Assembly: GCF_964355755.1 (NCBI RefSeq)
Contig: NC_092673.1
Location: 11,380,948-11,444,947, forward strand
Direction: 5' to 3'
DNA length: 64,000 nt
Origin: Antedon mediterranea
Lineage: Eukaryota; Animalia; Echinodermata
The notes beneath the pieces are model-generated. The model was not told the origin of the DNA. It did not search any database and saw only the letters and a list, made by a program, of their open reading frames with translations. The position numbers and the translations under genes are program-made. Within the stretch, counting starts at the first letter, position 1; each line of letters starts with the position of its first letter. Below are positions 24,869-38,988 of this stretch, in pieces.

Positions 24869-25992
24869 TTGGTTTTTTTTCTGTTCATTTAATCAGTACT
24901 ATAAATTACTTTAATAAATAAAATGTACTTTTCACAAGCTACATGCTACAACAGGCAATATTACTGTTTGTTTTTTTGTCTGTTATTCAAATACGTGTTT
25001 GAATAAAGGTCAAAGTGAAAAGAAAGAAAATGGAACAAATTGACAGGGTAAAGTATTGGTACCAAATGGTATATTAGGCAATGCAGACCTTCATTTCAAG
25101 AAATAAGAGGAGAGCACTCAAAAACTCCTTAAATTTTCAAGGAGCTTGATATTTACATATTTGTTTTTTTTTGTCGGCATCTTTAGTCAATCAACCGAAC
25201 ATTGTTACTATAATTAGAAGTTTGCTAGTTCACTGGTGCCTCTTTCATCGTCGTAGAAAATATCTATTAATGTACTTTTTAATTAAGGAGTGACATTTTT
25301 TGCTCTCCTTAGATCGTTTTCAGGAGCTTAGAAAATGAAGGTCTGAATGCTAAAGAACATTGAAGAATAATTAAAGTTTGTTTAATTCGTCATCAACCTA
25401 GTAAAAACTCATAGCAAAATCCAAAATATGAACAGATAAAGTAATGTAGATAAATAAAAGTCTCAAAATGTATTGTAATTTTAATGGAAATATAGACAGA
25501 ACTAGAGCTCAATACACATTTTCCAGATGGGTCTCAATTTCCTAATAACATGAGGTTTGAGGGAGCATAGTGTGTGCTTCTTTGCCAGGCGTAATGTCAA
25601 TGTGAAATATATTTCCACATGATTATTACTTATTGCACAATGTTTTTGCCAATAATATAGATCAGCAAGGTAATAAAGTACATTTTAATTACCTAAATGT
25701 GTGTCACACCATAGAGGATCATTTCAAATCTTTTTCCATTAATGTTTTTAAAATTCACTAATGGTCTTTGGTGCGACCATATTAATTCGAAAAAACACCA
25801 AAGGGCATTTATTGTTTGGTGTTTTTAGGGGGAATTATTTTTGTTTGGTGTTTATTTTTTTAATGTAATATGGTAACATGTATAACCAAATAAATGCTCC
25901 CTAATTATGAAAAAATAATTAAATATAATTATATTAAACATAATTACATCTTTTTTAAAATAAACAATAATTTTAACTTTAGAATGAAATAC

Positions 25993-26161
25993 CTGATGGC
26001 TGGATGTTTCACGATGATTGATTGTTGATCCAGTAAAAAATATCTGGCATTCCCGACAGAAATGACGATCACCACGAGCTGCTGTGTTGCTTCTATCTCC
26101 TGTTTCACTGCTAAATTTACGAACTGCCCTATTCTTACTGCCAATGGTGCCTCCTTTACCC
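25993..26161 (-). CDS. CIZ1: CIZ1/Pep-like exon 5, zinc finger 2
   Basis: ttaccag| and cag|gtattt, phase 2 to 0. Encodes HFCRECQIFFTGSTINHRETSSHQ. Confidence 0.88.
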
Positions 26162-26945
26162 CTGGTAAATGCACATTTACATTAGTTTATTTATTTTGTA
26201 AAAGTATATCTTGGGATATCCCACTTTGTGAATAAATATACTGAAAGATGAGGGCGTGTCAACTTAAACGCTGCTGCACATGTGTACAATTGCCTGTGTT
26301 TGATTTATATTAAACATCTAATACATAAATAAAATCTATTATTTACTTACAAACACAATTATTTAACCAATACTACTTAAAATGCCATGTCAAAAAAAAT
26401 TGCATTAATTTAAACCAATCAGATGAAATACAAAATTATACAGTAGGCCTATTTTCCAAATAATTTGTATGAGTGATAGTGCTGTTTTGTCAAAGAAAAA
26501 ATCCTGTTATTTTTAACATGTCAAGATGTGAACTCTGGAAACTATATTTTGGTAAGTAGCTATTCCTCAACTATTAATTTGTATTTAATTTACTCTAAGT
26601 AAAGATTGTAATAATTAAAAATAATTGGATAAAAAAAAATGTGCTGACCTTAAATAATACGTCATCAATTAAAAAAAAAGTTATGTGTTACAGTAACACT
26701 GTGTTAGTAACATCACTGAAATAGACTGTATATATAGACTTTAGTATCATTTTATAAATTAAATTAGCTTGGTACAAATTTGACTTTCTATACAGTCATT
26801 GAAACTTACACTGTGGACAAAATAACTAATAAATTTCAATTAAATCAGAAAATACTTTTGTTGATATTAACATGTTCATTAAGCCAATCAAAAAATGGTT
26901 TGGCAATTGCCAATATGATATTGTTTAATATAAAAATTAACATAC

Positions 26946-27079
26946 TTTCCCTCAATCATGCGTAGATGTTGTTGAGCCTGGATACGAGCTTTTGCTTGAT
27001 CGGTTTGGAAGTTGGCAACCATCTTGATTTGATTAATGGCGTTTCTATGGCTCTGACTATCCATGTGGAATTTATAATC
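26946..27079 (-). CDS. CIZ1: CIZ1/Pep-like exon 4
   Basis: tttctag| and |gtatg. DYKFHMDSQSH completes zinc finger 1, followed by QQHLRMIEG. Confidence 0.88.
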
Positions 27080-28915
27080 CTAGAAATGAGAATACAAATA
27101 TTTAAAAATAAACAATATTAATTCATATTTATGAAAATAAACACCCCGGACATTTATTGTTCGGGAGGGTTTGGAAGGTGGTGGCCAGGAGAGCGCCTTT
27201 ATTTGTGCGACTTACAGAACTTTGTTAAAAATAAAGATATGAGGCAGGAGACAAGAAAATTTGAGATCTATTAGGGAGTATGAAAAAGAAAACCTACAAC
27301 ATCTGAAAAGCAGATAATTAATTCTGCTCAGTCTTTACCAAAGAGCCCATTACACAAAGTAATAGAATTTTGACAAGGCCCCTAACAATAGTATAAAATA
27401 CCAAACTATATATATTCATTCATTTTGTTTGTGTGTGTTTATTTTTATTTTATAATTGTGGTCTATAGTTTTGATTTGTTGCTTAAAGGGGTGATACTTA
27501 TTATTTACACATTTCGCTGATTCGAACTTGACTGTACTGGGCATTGACAATGGCCAGGGCGTTTTACTCACTGAGATAACAGTGATTTACGAAATACATT
27601 ATGTTCCAAGAATACGTGTAATTAATTAAAACTCCAACAATGAGATCAGTCAATACGGTCATTGTGGTACACAACAGAGAAGGTTGCACAGTATAGATAT
27701 GTGACGTAACAACTCTCGAAACATGGCTGCTGACACATAAAATTACTGTTATTTTTTGCCTTTTTTTAGTGTTTATCCTTAAAATTCAGGAAAGTGATAG
27801 CCTATAGTGTGCGACCCAACAAGAAACATTAGTGTTTATTCATACAGTGGTTTCGGAGGAGATAAGTAAAATTATGCAACAAATTTAGTAGCATTAATAT
27901 AATAGATGCCATCCCTAGATGGCTGGAAATGGTTTTCTCACACGTAAAATTCATAATAAACGACACCTCTAGGTGGCCGAGAGTGACACTCCTATAGCAA
28001 GCTATTGGCAAAACGGTCGTAGTCTACTTTGACTGATAACACTTTTTTATTTTAAAAACATTTTAGTTTTTCACCAATCAATAACAAAAAGGAACTACGG
28101 AACGTATTCTCAGTGTGGTAGCTTTGTTTCTTATTTACAAGCTCATGGATGTGAGTACGGATTGGTGGTGATCGCCAATCCATAGTTAATAAATGAAATG
28201 TTGTACCTTCTTTTTCCTGCCATCTTACTCAGAACTCTACTGAAGTAAAGCGAAACTAAAAGACCTCGGCAGCATTAAAGGTTCTACAGTAAACTATCGG
28301 CGTAGAACCAACTAATAGGTGATTAAATCCTCATCCTAAAGGGGAATTCCCCAACTGTACCAAAATGTTTGCGTTCCTTAAATGTTCTCGATTTTAAATT
28401 TCTAACTATTTCGCGACCTTTTATTTTCTTGTCGTCTTCTACAATTTAGCAAACCAAATTGGCGAATGTATTGATGATGATGACCGTCAAGCAACTGAAT
28501 GGGTGTTATAAATTAAACTTGCTGATCTCGTGTACGTGCGTATAGAATGTTCATAACAATTAAGGCATGTTAGTTGGTCAGCCATTTTGCAGGGGTTTTA
28601 TACTTAAATTTAATTTGTTTATTTCTCAAGTTCTACTAGGTATTTGAATCTAATTGTTTGTGTGTTGTTTATTAATATTAAAAGGATTCATAGAAAGTTA
28701 CTTTTTTTAAATTTTAAAATCCTTTCATATCCATTTTAACCTTCCACAAACTATGGCATGATCAACAATACACAATATAGAAACGGAATGACACATGTGG
28801 ATACATTTCAACTAATACTGAGCTTATTTAAGAGGCTTGAATAAGCCTATTATCAGAAATATCCTGTAATCGGGGTATTTTCAAATGGTGCACAAAAATA
28901 AATACATAAAAATAC

Positions 28916-28987
28916 CTGTAGATTACTACTGACAACATTACAGACATTACAACGCCATGGTCCAGTAGCTGAGATATTTTGGTTATC
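28916..28987 (-). CDS. CIZ1: CIZ1/Pep-like exon 3, first half of zinc finger 1
   Basis: ttatag| and cag|gtatt, 24 codons: DNQNISATGPWRCNVCNVVSSNLQ. Confidence 0.88.
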
Positions 28988-29362
28988 CTATAATACAAAA
29001 ATATTTATTTTTCAAAAGCGTATTTCATGTCGTATCCAAATGACCACAATTGTACTGGAAAGGTTTTATAGTTGAATCACCCGCATGGAGAAATGGGAGT
29101 TGTGATATTGGTTTTAACATGACATGAATTGTATTGGGAGGTACAATATGTCTAATCTAATTTCCACCGCCCCTGTGGAGGGGCCTTTAGGGTCTGTGTT
29201 AGTAATGGAGGATCAAAAAAGTAAATTCCCTCTCTGAAAGTGACAGTAGAGCTCCTATATTAGGGGACACCCAGCAGTTTGACAACAAATTTATAGAAAA
29301 AGTTGTAATAAGGTTGAAAATGTTTTGAATATAGCCAGAAATGAGAGTCAAATGTTGCATAC

Positions 29363-30038
29363 CCTTGCACCTCTTTTCCAATTTGGCTCGGAATCATCAA
29401 AGTCATCTGTAGGTCTTGTTGGATCGTATATTTCATCACTTGTCCTTTTGCGGCTTCCTCTTCTTCTTTGCTGGTGCCTATCATTGAGTTCTATCTGTGT
29501 TCGTCTTCCTCCACTTCCACTCTCTTGAGCAAGCATTGCCTGCTGAAGACGTACCTTTGCAGCAAAGTCATCTTCTGTAATATCTCTACCACGAGTATAG
29601 TTTCCACCAGACATTATGGGAGGATTTCCGAGTAGAGATGATCCCATAAACTGATGACTTCTAATATCCGATTGCCACATATTGCCACTACTATACATGC
29701 TATCACTACTTCTGCCAATGTTTCCTCCTCCCAGACTGTTACTAAAGCTGCTTCCACCAAAGTCTCCACCTCCAGTGTTTCTCCCATAGTTTCCTCCTAA
29801 TCCTAGACTGCCTCCCAGATTGCTAGAGGGTGAACTTAACAAGCTACTTTGATTCATCATATAGTGGTTGGATTGGTTTTTTAAGGTGGTCTGGCTCATG
29901 CTAGTCTTGGCATTAAGGTTAAGGTTCAACAGCGATGGAATATTTCCAGTATTCTGTTGCCGTCCTCCCTGGCCATTGTACCTTCTTCCACTGCTACGCT
30001 GCTGTTTATGCATTTCTGCTAAAATATTTGCCAAACTT
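29363..30038 (-). CDS. CIZ1: CIZ1/Pep-like exon 2, Gly/Ser/Asn/Gln low-complexity region
   Basis: tttcag| and |gtatg, within ORF 29348-30091. Ends in a basic patch (RRRGSRKR) and YDPTRPTDD. Confidence 0.88.
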
Positions 30039-30248
30039 CTGAAATTAAAACAAATTATACAGTAACAGTACAATAGTAAAGTTATGGCCAAAAAAGAAAT
30101 AACTTATTATGGTGTCAGAGAATATTTTAATTTGGAAAGTTATTAGCAACTATTAGCAACGACACTCCGAGAGTGCATACCTCTGCCTACTGTAAAATTC
30201 TCCAACATTAGATTTCTCTCTCGAAAAAAAATTTATTTTCCTCTTTTT

Positions 30249-31253
30249 TTAGGCTATCGTTCTCTGTAGAGAAATAGCTTATTGTTGTTGTCAAAAATTT
30301 CATTGTTTCTGCTCATTTTTTGTGCGCAGCAGATCTAAAAAACGGCGGTATCAGTTATGTTGTAACTTGGCCAGCAGATGCACATGTAGTTGTGCAACAA
30401 ACTTTGGGTTAAGGAAAATATGGTCGCGTAGCGTAACTATGCGCGATTTTCTGAAATTCTTAGATTGACTATAAATTGAAAACCAATAGATATTTTTAAA
30501 TACCACTTGACATGCTTCATGTCAGGGGTCATCTTCCTGTATCATCAGCAAAATTTTGAACCTTGGTCAAATCGCGCGTACGCGGGCTTTGAAAGTTAAG
30601 ATGAATGTAATGAATATAAAATAATGACACACGTGCACGTCAAACTTTAAAAATCGTGCGCCTGAAAATGGTTAATTTTATGCAAATTTGTGTAAAAATA
30701 TGCCTATTTTGAATCGATTATAGCTCTTCAGGATGGCTGGTGACTCCCTATTTTTTTTTAACTTATTATAAAGCGCAATGAGTTGTAGATATGAATTTAT
30801 GTGAAATTTAGATCATAAATATGTTATGACATCATCATATGGCCATCTAAATTTTAAAATTTGGATTTTTATCTCTTTCGACACAGTCCGTCACATTCAA
30901 TAGAGCGCATACCGCGTAAACGTTATCAATTTTCTTCCAATTTTCAATATTCTATTACTAAAACAATTCCTTTTTAGACTTACGGTATGAACTTTTTTTA
31001 AAATTTGAGGTCACAATTTTCAAACAAATGAATAAACGCGAGTGGTAAAATAAAAAATAACCATCAACTAAACCGTTTTCAATGCTAATACCGTCAACTG
31101 TTGACACTTATTGAACGATTTTGATCTATTCCAGCTGTTAGTTACAATCGTTTTAGTGCAGCCTATTGTAGACTAAGCATAATAAATAACATGTATGTGT
31201 TACGATACGTTGGGCGATAGCCTAACTCGTCAACGTGACGAGTTCAAATCTAG
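30249..31253 (+). mobile_element. Helentron/Helitron-like element, family A variant; followed by a family A fragment to about 31690
   Basis: Subterminal repeats AGGCTATCG/CGATAGCCT and 3' ACTCGTCA-acg-TGACGAGT-tcaaat-CTAG|T. Confidence 0.75.
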
Positions 31254-33301
31254 TTTCTATTTTCTTCTTTCTTTCCACGAATTTTGATGCACATGTATCT
31301 CTAATTCTGGCCAACATATGATTGTATAACTTTGTCATAAGATTGACCTGTAGCTGTAGCTTTGTTATATGACTTTAGAATCTGCATCGTATGTTACGTG
31401 CGATTTTATGAAATTCAATGATTGGTCATAGATTATAAACTAAAAGTCATTTTGTATGGACACTTGGTGAAAATTTAAGTCATATCAAGGGCCAACTTTC
31501 TATGGATTAAAAATTGCATGTTTCACAGAAAGTTATGCGCGCACGCGCATTTAAAAACTGATAATGCGAAAAATCAATTTCTAATCAACTTTCTACGCGT
31601 TTCATGTAATTTTAAGCATGTCAAAAATTCCCAAGTGCGCGCAAATTCTTATGCACGCGGTGCGCACGTAGAGCTAAAACATCTTTTTGAGATCTGATCT
31701 CACAACAAACATGCAACGATGCGACTAGGGGTTTTCCCTGATCGTATGACTATATGATAAAGCTTAGCGGTTTATTTGTCGGTAAGTAGGTCTAGACGGT
31801 TATTTAAATACAATATATAACGAAAACTAGACAGACTTTAACATAACATTCAATAAATAAAAAATACTACTACAGTACACAGGATAAATTCTTCAAATTT
31901 ACTTATATTTCATAATTTTACTGTAAATATTACAGTGCAAGAGGAGTTAATTAAAATATATATACAGTATATCTTATTGAATTCCTGTATTATATTTTGT
32001 GACAATTTGTCTACTAGTTATCAATGTGTTGATTGTGGCAGTAATTACGGCAGCTATAGTCTTCTAAGATCGCTCATATCCATTACAAAGTGTCAATAGT
32101 AAGACATTTTGTAATAGTAATAGATTTTTGAATGTTGCCACTGTACGATACATTTTGTGTTGATTTACAATTTCTCACTACTTGCTCTTATTGTTCAATC
32201 AATGTTAATATCTGAAAAAAAAAAAGAAGAAATTTGTACTAAAATATCTGCATAAAAAGGTTAATTGTGCGAATGTCGGTTTGAACTTATTGCATTTGAT
32301 GCAGAAAATATTTTTAACATACTGTACAGTAAACATCCAAAACAATATTTAGATTAGTAAAAAGGTTCATCTGGATCTCTGTATAGTATTCAAGTAACTT
32401 TTCTTTTGGATTATCCAAAGTCAAATCGTAAAACTTACGTTTGTTACTCTAGCTTTCGCTGGTCAACGACGCAGCTTAATCTTGAGTGGGTCTCTGTGAC
32501 TTGGACTTGTTACCATTAGATCTCGTATTTGGTATAGCGCCACAAATTGCACTCCTCAATAAATTCAGGGATGCTGTAGGTGTGCTGTTTTTACCAATTT
32601 TTATTATTTATTTATTATTATTAAAGTTTAACGTGCACATGCATCGTTATTTTTCAATTAAAGTTCATCAAAATGAATGAAATCTACTACAGAAGGTACG
32701 CAAAACAAAAATCAATTGCAAAACCCAGTTTTCTACACTTTGTACGAACTGTGCGCACAAGTGCGTGTGCAAAACGCAAACAAATTTTGAAATTCTCAAA
32801 ATGACCTGAAATGGACCTGAAATGTACACGAAATTGATTAGAAATTAATTGTGCATATTTTTTATTTTTAAATGCGAAATTTCGTGTGAACAAGCCTTTT
32901 TTACTCTATATAAATTTGACCCATGATATGAATTATAATTTTATAAAGTTTCATTAAAAAATATTTTTTTGTTCTAAATTTATGATCAGTCATAGAAATT
33001 AATACAGTTTAGTTTACTTGTTACTTTAAGACTATTTTAACACTAGCAGGTCCAAAAATAATAACATTTTTGTTATTTGTTAAGTTATTAATAAACCAAT
33101 TTTCTAAAATAAAATAGGCATGGTCTGTTTAGTATATACCTATCTACACTGAAAAATGCTAATATGCTCATGCTAATAGAGTACTAAACTTGGCAAAATT
33201 GCCAAGTAACAAACACACACACACGTGATCGACTACATAATCCCTTGCCGGTGGTAATAATTGACCTGTGAGTGTGACAATCAATTAGTAGTTGAAATAT
33301 A

Positions 33302-34227
33302 CGCCCGTATTCTTAAACCGGACTTTAGTCGTAGTTCGAAGTTCGACTTGGAAAAGTCGTAGTTCGAGCTATTACTTCAAATTCGATTCAAAAACGAAGT
33401 AGTCGAAGTTTACAGTTCGACTTAATGAAGTCGAGCTTTTAGTCGAGTTGCACACGTCTGGGTAACAAAGGCTATACATTGGCCAATGACAAGAGAGTAT
33501 TGAGGAGCAGACAAAATTTTGCGCATTGATATCACTTTCCATTTCTTACAACACTTTTTACGCATCAGGACTATATACATGAAAAATAATTTTAATCGTT
33601 AATTATTAGAACAATATCAGTATTAATTTAACAGTGAAGTATATTTGATTAACAACAAATAAAATCTTAAAAATATATTTAGGAACCATGACGGTACGGT
33701 AACTTTTATATTTTCTAGGCCCCCAACAAAGTATGATCGCCACGAACCACGCACTTCATAGCGTGACAAGAAAGCGCTAGGCCCCCTAAACATTCCATCG
33801 CGTGGTGAATTGCCGCATCTCCCATTGTCGCTATGGCGTGACGTAGCTCAAGTCGGACTTGCGCGAAGAAAATAATGTAATTTGTATACAGTTGTAAATA
33901 AAGATGATTTTCATTATTATAATTTATACCAATGTATATTTAATTAAGCTAATATAAATATAGATATTTCATTCTTCAATATCTGGCCAATATAACAACT
34001 CAATGACTGTTACGTTTTTTATAAACATCGTTTAAAAACCATTTAGTCGACCATTTAGTCTGCCCCCTCCAGGACTAAAAAAATTGATCAAAATCCGTCT
34101 CGATTTAGTCGAGGTTGGCCTGATTTAGTCGGTGATTTAGTTGAAGTTCGGTTTATGAATTAAAATGACGTCATTTTTTTAGTTTTAGCTCGAACTACGA
34201 CTAAAGTCCGGTTTAAGAATACGGGCG
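33302..34227. mobile_element. TIR MITE (Harbinger-like termini)
   Basis: About 37-bp TIR CGCCCGTATTCTTAAACCGGACTTTAGTCGTAGTTCG. The internal segment is shared with 17570-17810. No clear TSD. Confidence 0.75.
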
Positions 34228-34614
34228 AGAGTTTTGTACTGTATTACATTTTTTGCTATACAATTTTATGAATATGTAGCAATAAGGTAGTTTGGGCAGC
34301 ATTTATGAATTCTACACTAGCGAAAATGCTCCCTGTGATAAGTAGACATGTACAAAATACCAAATCATTTGTGTACATAATCTTTCCTTTATGTTTACAG
34401 TATGTGGTCACAAAAATATTTATGAAGTGTCGAAGAAAAGGTGACTATTATTAAGTAAACAATTGAACTAACCAAGCATTTAATCATTCTCAGCTCAGTG
34501 CACTAGATTTACATTAAGGAACTTAATAATCTGCAAAGTATAGTAATAACCATTTGTGCCGATTGTTATATAAATATTGCTGGGTATAAACAAAATATTT
34601 ACTGTATACTGACA

Positions 34615-35488
34615 GGCCCCGTTTCTGCTGCCAAAAATATACCGTATATATACAGTATATTTTATATACGGTATATTTTTTGGCAGCAGAAATGGGTCTC
34701 ATAAAAAATATACCGTATATATATGCGGTATATATACCGCATAAATATCCCCATCGTTTGTGGATATTATACGGTATATTCCAAAATATACCGTATATTT
34801 CGTACCCCGTTTCTGCCGCACTCAAAATATACCGTATATGTGACCCGGCCCATGACACGAGGTCAAAAACTAACAGAGCGTGACGCGTTTGTTTGGTTTT
34901 TCTGCTGCATTGACACACACGTGTATAAGCAAGCAACAGATCAAAATATCACTGTGGACTGAAGAAATAACTATTTTTGCAATTCAATTGTGGGGAGAAG
35001 CGAAGGTTGTGGGGGGGGGGGGGGGGTTTGGGAGACTGCATGGTAACAGAAGAGATACCGAGATTTACAAAAGTATCTCAAACAAAATAAAAGCAGAATT
35101 TGTGGTAGACTTAATAACGCCAAAGTTATCGGCGAACGCCGTCGTCTTCTTTGCATAAATCTAGTCAATGCCCATTCTACATTTCTAGATTGTTTGTGCG
35201 GTGTAAATTGGTTGCCACTTCTGCTCATTAGATTTAAAATAGAAAGCAATGCTACGACGTTTTGAGAAACCATCATTGTTTTGTTTTTGTCATGTAACCT
35301 CACTACACGAGACTCTAGGTCAATCCATACTTCTGTCTCACGAAATGCATTTTGGGTAATGAAAGCCAACTTTTTTACAGCCTACCCACGAAGTATGTGC
35401 AGCGGAAACGGTGCACGAATTTCATATACGGTTTATTTATACGGTACATTTATACGGTATATTTGGGATTGGCAGCAGAAACAGGGCC
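34615..35488 (+). mobile_element. PIF/Harbinger derivative with Myb/SANT remnant
   Basis: TIRs GGCCCCGTTTCTGCTGCCAA/TTGGCAGCAGAAACAGGGCC, 3-bp TSD ACA and TATACCGTATA subterminal repeats. Encodes WTEEITIFAIQLWGE..GNRRDTEIYKSI. Confidence 0.8.
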
Positions 35489-38400
35489 ACAGAGTGTAAT
35501 CCCATGATGAAAATTATAATTCCAATCTCTATTTATGATAAAAAGTCCATTGGTAATCCATCTACGGTCATAATTTTTCTTTTCCCGAATGGAAGGGGAT
35601 TCCCTATAACATAGCCAACGTGCGAAACTGCTTGTAACATCACACAATGCACTCCTTAACTCTTGATAATAGATAGAGGGCGCTGTTGACCTAAATACTT
35701 AATTTAAGATGTCGGCATGTATGGGGAGTCTGCAAGGGCTTTGCAGTATACATTATGCTTACATACAAAGCATTTACACCTCATTTAACAAATGGAGGGT
35801 GTGGGAGGAGGGAGGAGGTGAGTGTGGCATCACTGTTCATCCTGAGGATGATTTTTAAAGTTTGATGTGCATTTGTGTCCTTATTTCAAATTTAGGTAAC
35901 TTATGTTGCGCAATTCTTACATCATAACAAAAGCTACATGCACAAGTTACAATTTACAAAATCTTCCGTTTACAAATTTTAGAGTAAAAAAATTTACAAA
36001 AGAAATAAGAACTTGGTTGGTGCTTGAAAAACTGGTTATCTGCAAAATAAGTTGCGGATAACTAATGAATAAACTAGACATTAACATCGTGGTATGCACA
36101 AACACAACAAACAAACAACAATGCATCTACAGTAATTTTACCAAATGAAATCGTAAAACAATTTACAAAAAGTTCATATGGAATAGAGCCAAGTGTGTCA
36201 AAAGATGAGTAATTACTTCAAAACTTAGTCGTGGCGGACAAAATATATTTCATCTTCCTTCCTTTCTAACCTCTATTATCTTACCATGGATTAAGGAACA
36301 TTTGTAGATAAAGAAACATCCCACTTTTTGGGCCGAAATGTCTCACTTTAGATCAAATTCATTTTTTTTAAAGGTGTTTAACAATCCGTATTTTTATTTA
36401 TTGAAAATGTTGATATAATATATAATAAATTACTAAAAAAACGTAATTTTATATTCAATTTATTATTTTGAAAACCTTGTTTATTTCGTGCATTTGCCAA
36501 CAGAGGACGTAACTTATTTACATCGTTCGTGTGACTAAAAAATGATCATTTTCGACAATGTTTTCAAAATGTTTGCTTTATTGCATCTTTATCTCTAGTA
36601 GTACTACCCCATAGTCTCGCTGAAAATAAAGTTTATGCTTATAAAATGCATATCAAAGCCGATAAATTTAAGTGTAGAATAGTCCCGGGCCGAATTGTTT
36701 CGGGGCCGAATCATCCCGCTACCACCTGAACTTGTCACTATGGACGAGTTAGGTTATCCGCGGCACAAATGCCACGTGCAGAATATTGTGCACAGAAAAA
36801 TGATTATGCCATTGTGACCTGAAGAAATAAAATGTTGTTAGTGTGCTCTCTATATACAGTACACATACTACACAGTGCACCATAGGTGACAATACTGATA
36901 TTGACATTATTTTATTGTCCATAGTAGTAATATAAAATGGAAATACATTTGAAACTGGCATGTAAAATGAAAAAAAGATATACTATACAAATTCAGAAGA
37001 TTACAACAAAATACATGAAAAGCTAGGTTATGTATAATACATACAGATTAAAAGCTTTTATCATAAAATTATTAAAACTATTAAAAATACAATATTAAAA
37101 AGGAAGAATTGCACAATGATACGTTAACACTACAGTTTCCTATCTTTTTTGCCGTGAGTTTATCAAATGTATGACGTTGGCTATAAAGGCGTAACAAGAT
37201 CGGTTTGTTCTTGTCTTAGGGACACACAGCCCACCACTTCGGGATTGAATAAATTGATCATTTAGGGGATGACCGACATCACCCATTATACGCAAAGCAG
37301 CCTGTATTGATCGATTATTATATAATTCATCCAGGTATCGCCTACAAGTTTACCTGAAGACCTGCCTTTCAATGCAATTTAACATGATGACGTCATCAAA
37401 TTGAAACATGTAGATAACAAATTTGGAAGGGGATTATCTGAGAAACAACATATTAAAGTGTTGAAAAAAATGTGGATATGTAGAATATAGATGCTAGCTT
37501 GTTTATATGTGATGAACTATGACGCAAAAATAAATACAACTTTTATTATTCAACTGGCCAACATCCGGTGCGCAAAATTTCTACATGAATTCACTACAAT
37601 TCAAAAGTTTCCAGAAAATGTTTTAATCATGAGTATCACTTTTCATTCTGAGGAGCTATAACATATTGAAATTTACTGTAATTTACGCTTTTGAACATGA
37701 TGACGTGATAAACATTTAAAAAATGGTAAATCATGTGAAAGATAATTGATTGACCTAGACAATATCAAAATCTGGTGGAAATGATAATCAACAACACTGA
37801 CTTTGGTATTAATTCACCAAATAATAATCGTTTTAAAAAATATGAGAAAACTACGACTCCAGATTGCTAGAAATTGCACTCTTAATCAATATTACAGAAA
37901 ATACAGTACATATAAAACATTATGGGGTTTTGCATTGAAAATAAGGGGAACCATCCCCCAAAAATATTTGTGCCGGTGAAAGAAGCCAATTGATTAGATT
38001 TTTGGAGAAAAGATTAGTGTCAAACATATTAAACGATCCCCTTAGATATGTTCAAGAATGAGAAAGGGCAACACAGTATTGCGATGGACTTCGACCAGAT
38101 TTTTTTTTATTGTCTATTGTGTATTTATCTTGCTGCAAATTGATTGAATTGATATGTGCGGCTAATGTTTTGATCTCGATGTAATCTAAAATCCTGTGTG
38201 AACTATAATGCGACACAGTGACATGTGTTGAGTGCATTCATTATAAAGGGGGAATCAAAATTATTATTTAAAATGTACTATAGGTAATTTTTATATACCA
38301 TAATTAAAATTAAACAATAATAATGTCTTTGAAACGGCACAGAAAATGTTGGCAATTCATATCATGGCAAAAATACATCTCCCACCCTCAATTTTACCAA

Positions 38401-38617
38401 AAAAAAAAAAAATTGAAAACCTGTCTTTGCAAAAAAAAAAAGAATAGAGCTATTTGGATTGTTGTTGTTTACTCTACATAATTTTACTTTGCAGTAAATC
38501 TATTTATGTACATTCCTCCACAATTACTTTTACTTTAAAATCAGAACAAATATGAAATTAATTTTAAAAAAAATATCATACCTAGCTCTAAATATTTTCT
38601 GTAAAATAAATACTTAC

Positions 38618-38988
38618 TTTGTTGCCGAGGAAAGTGCTGGAGGTAAAACTGCACATTTATCACTCGGAATACAAACATTGGTTGTCAGATTTGAAGCAGG
38701 TAATGGTAACTTAGGAAGACTAACAGAAGAAATGGCTAAAGCATTTGGTGATAGAACAAAAATTCCAGGGCTAGGTAGTGACAACTGGAGACCTTGATTA
38801 GATAGTACCGACGATGGTGATGAAATAGGAACTGAAGTACATTTTAATGTTGAAAATCCAACAACATTATTTTTCAACCCAATGCTTGGCTGATTCTGTA
38901 AAGTTGTTGACAATACCTTCTGAAATTGTTCCATATTTGTCTTTGATATCGCACAATGAATAGACGCCATAACTTCATCCATGTTCAT
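38618..38988 (-). CDS. CIZ1: CIZ1/Pep-like putative first coding exon (Ser/Pro/Leu-rich)
   Basis: ATG-initiated 124-aa ORF ending at a strong AA|GTAAGT donor. Phase 2 matches the acceptor at 30038, giving a full model of 2484 nt (827 aa). Confidence 0.65.

Noticed and set aside
27484-28740. Possible Kolobok-like element starting TTAAAGGGGTGATAC
   Set aside because: I could not find a convincing matching right TIR.
34523-35647. Cluster of short overlapping ORFs
   Set aside because: They arise from palindromic TATACCGTATA repeats of the Harbinger derivative. Only the Myb-like peptide is meaningful.
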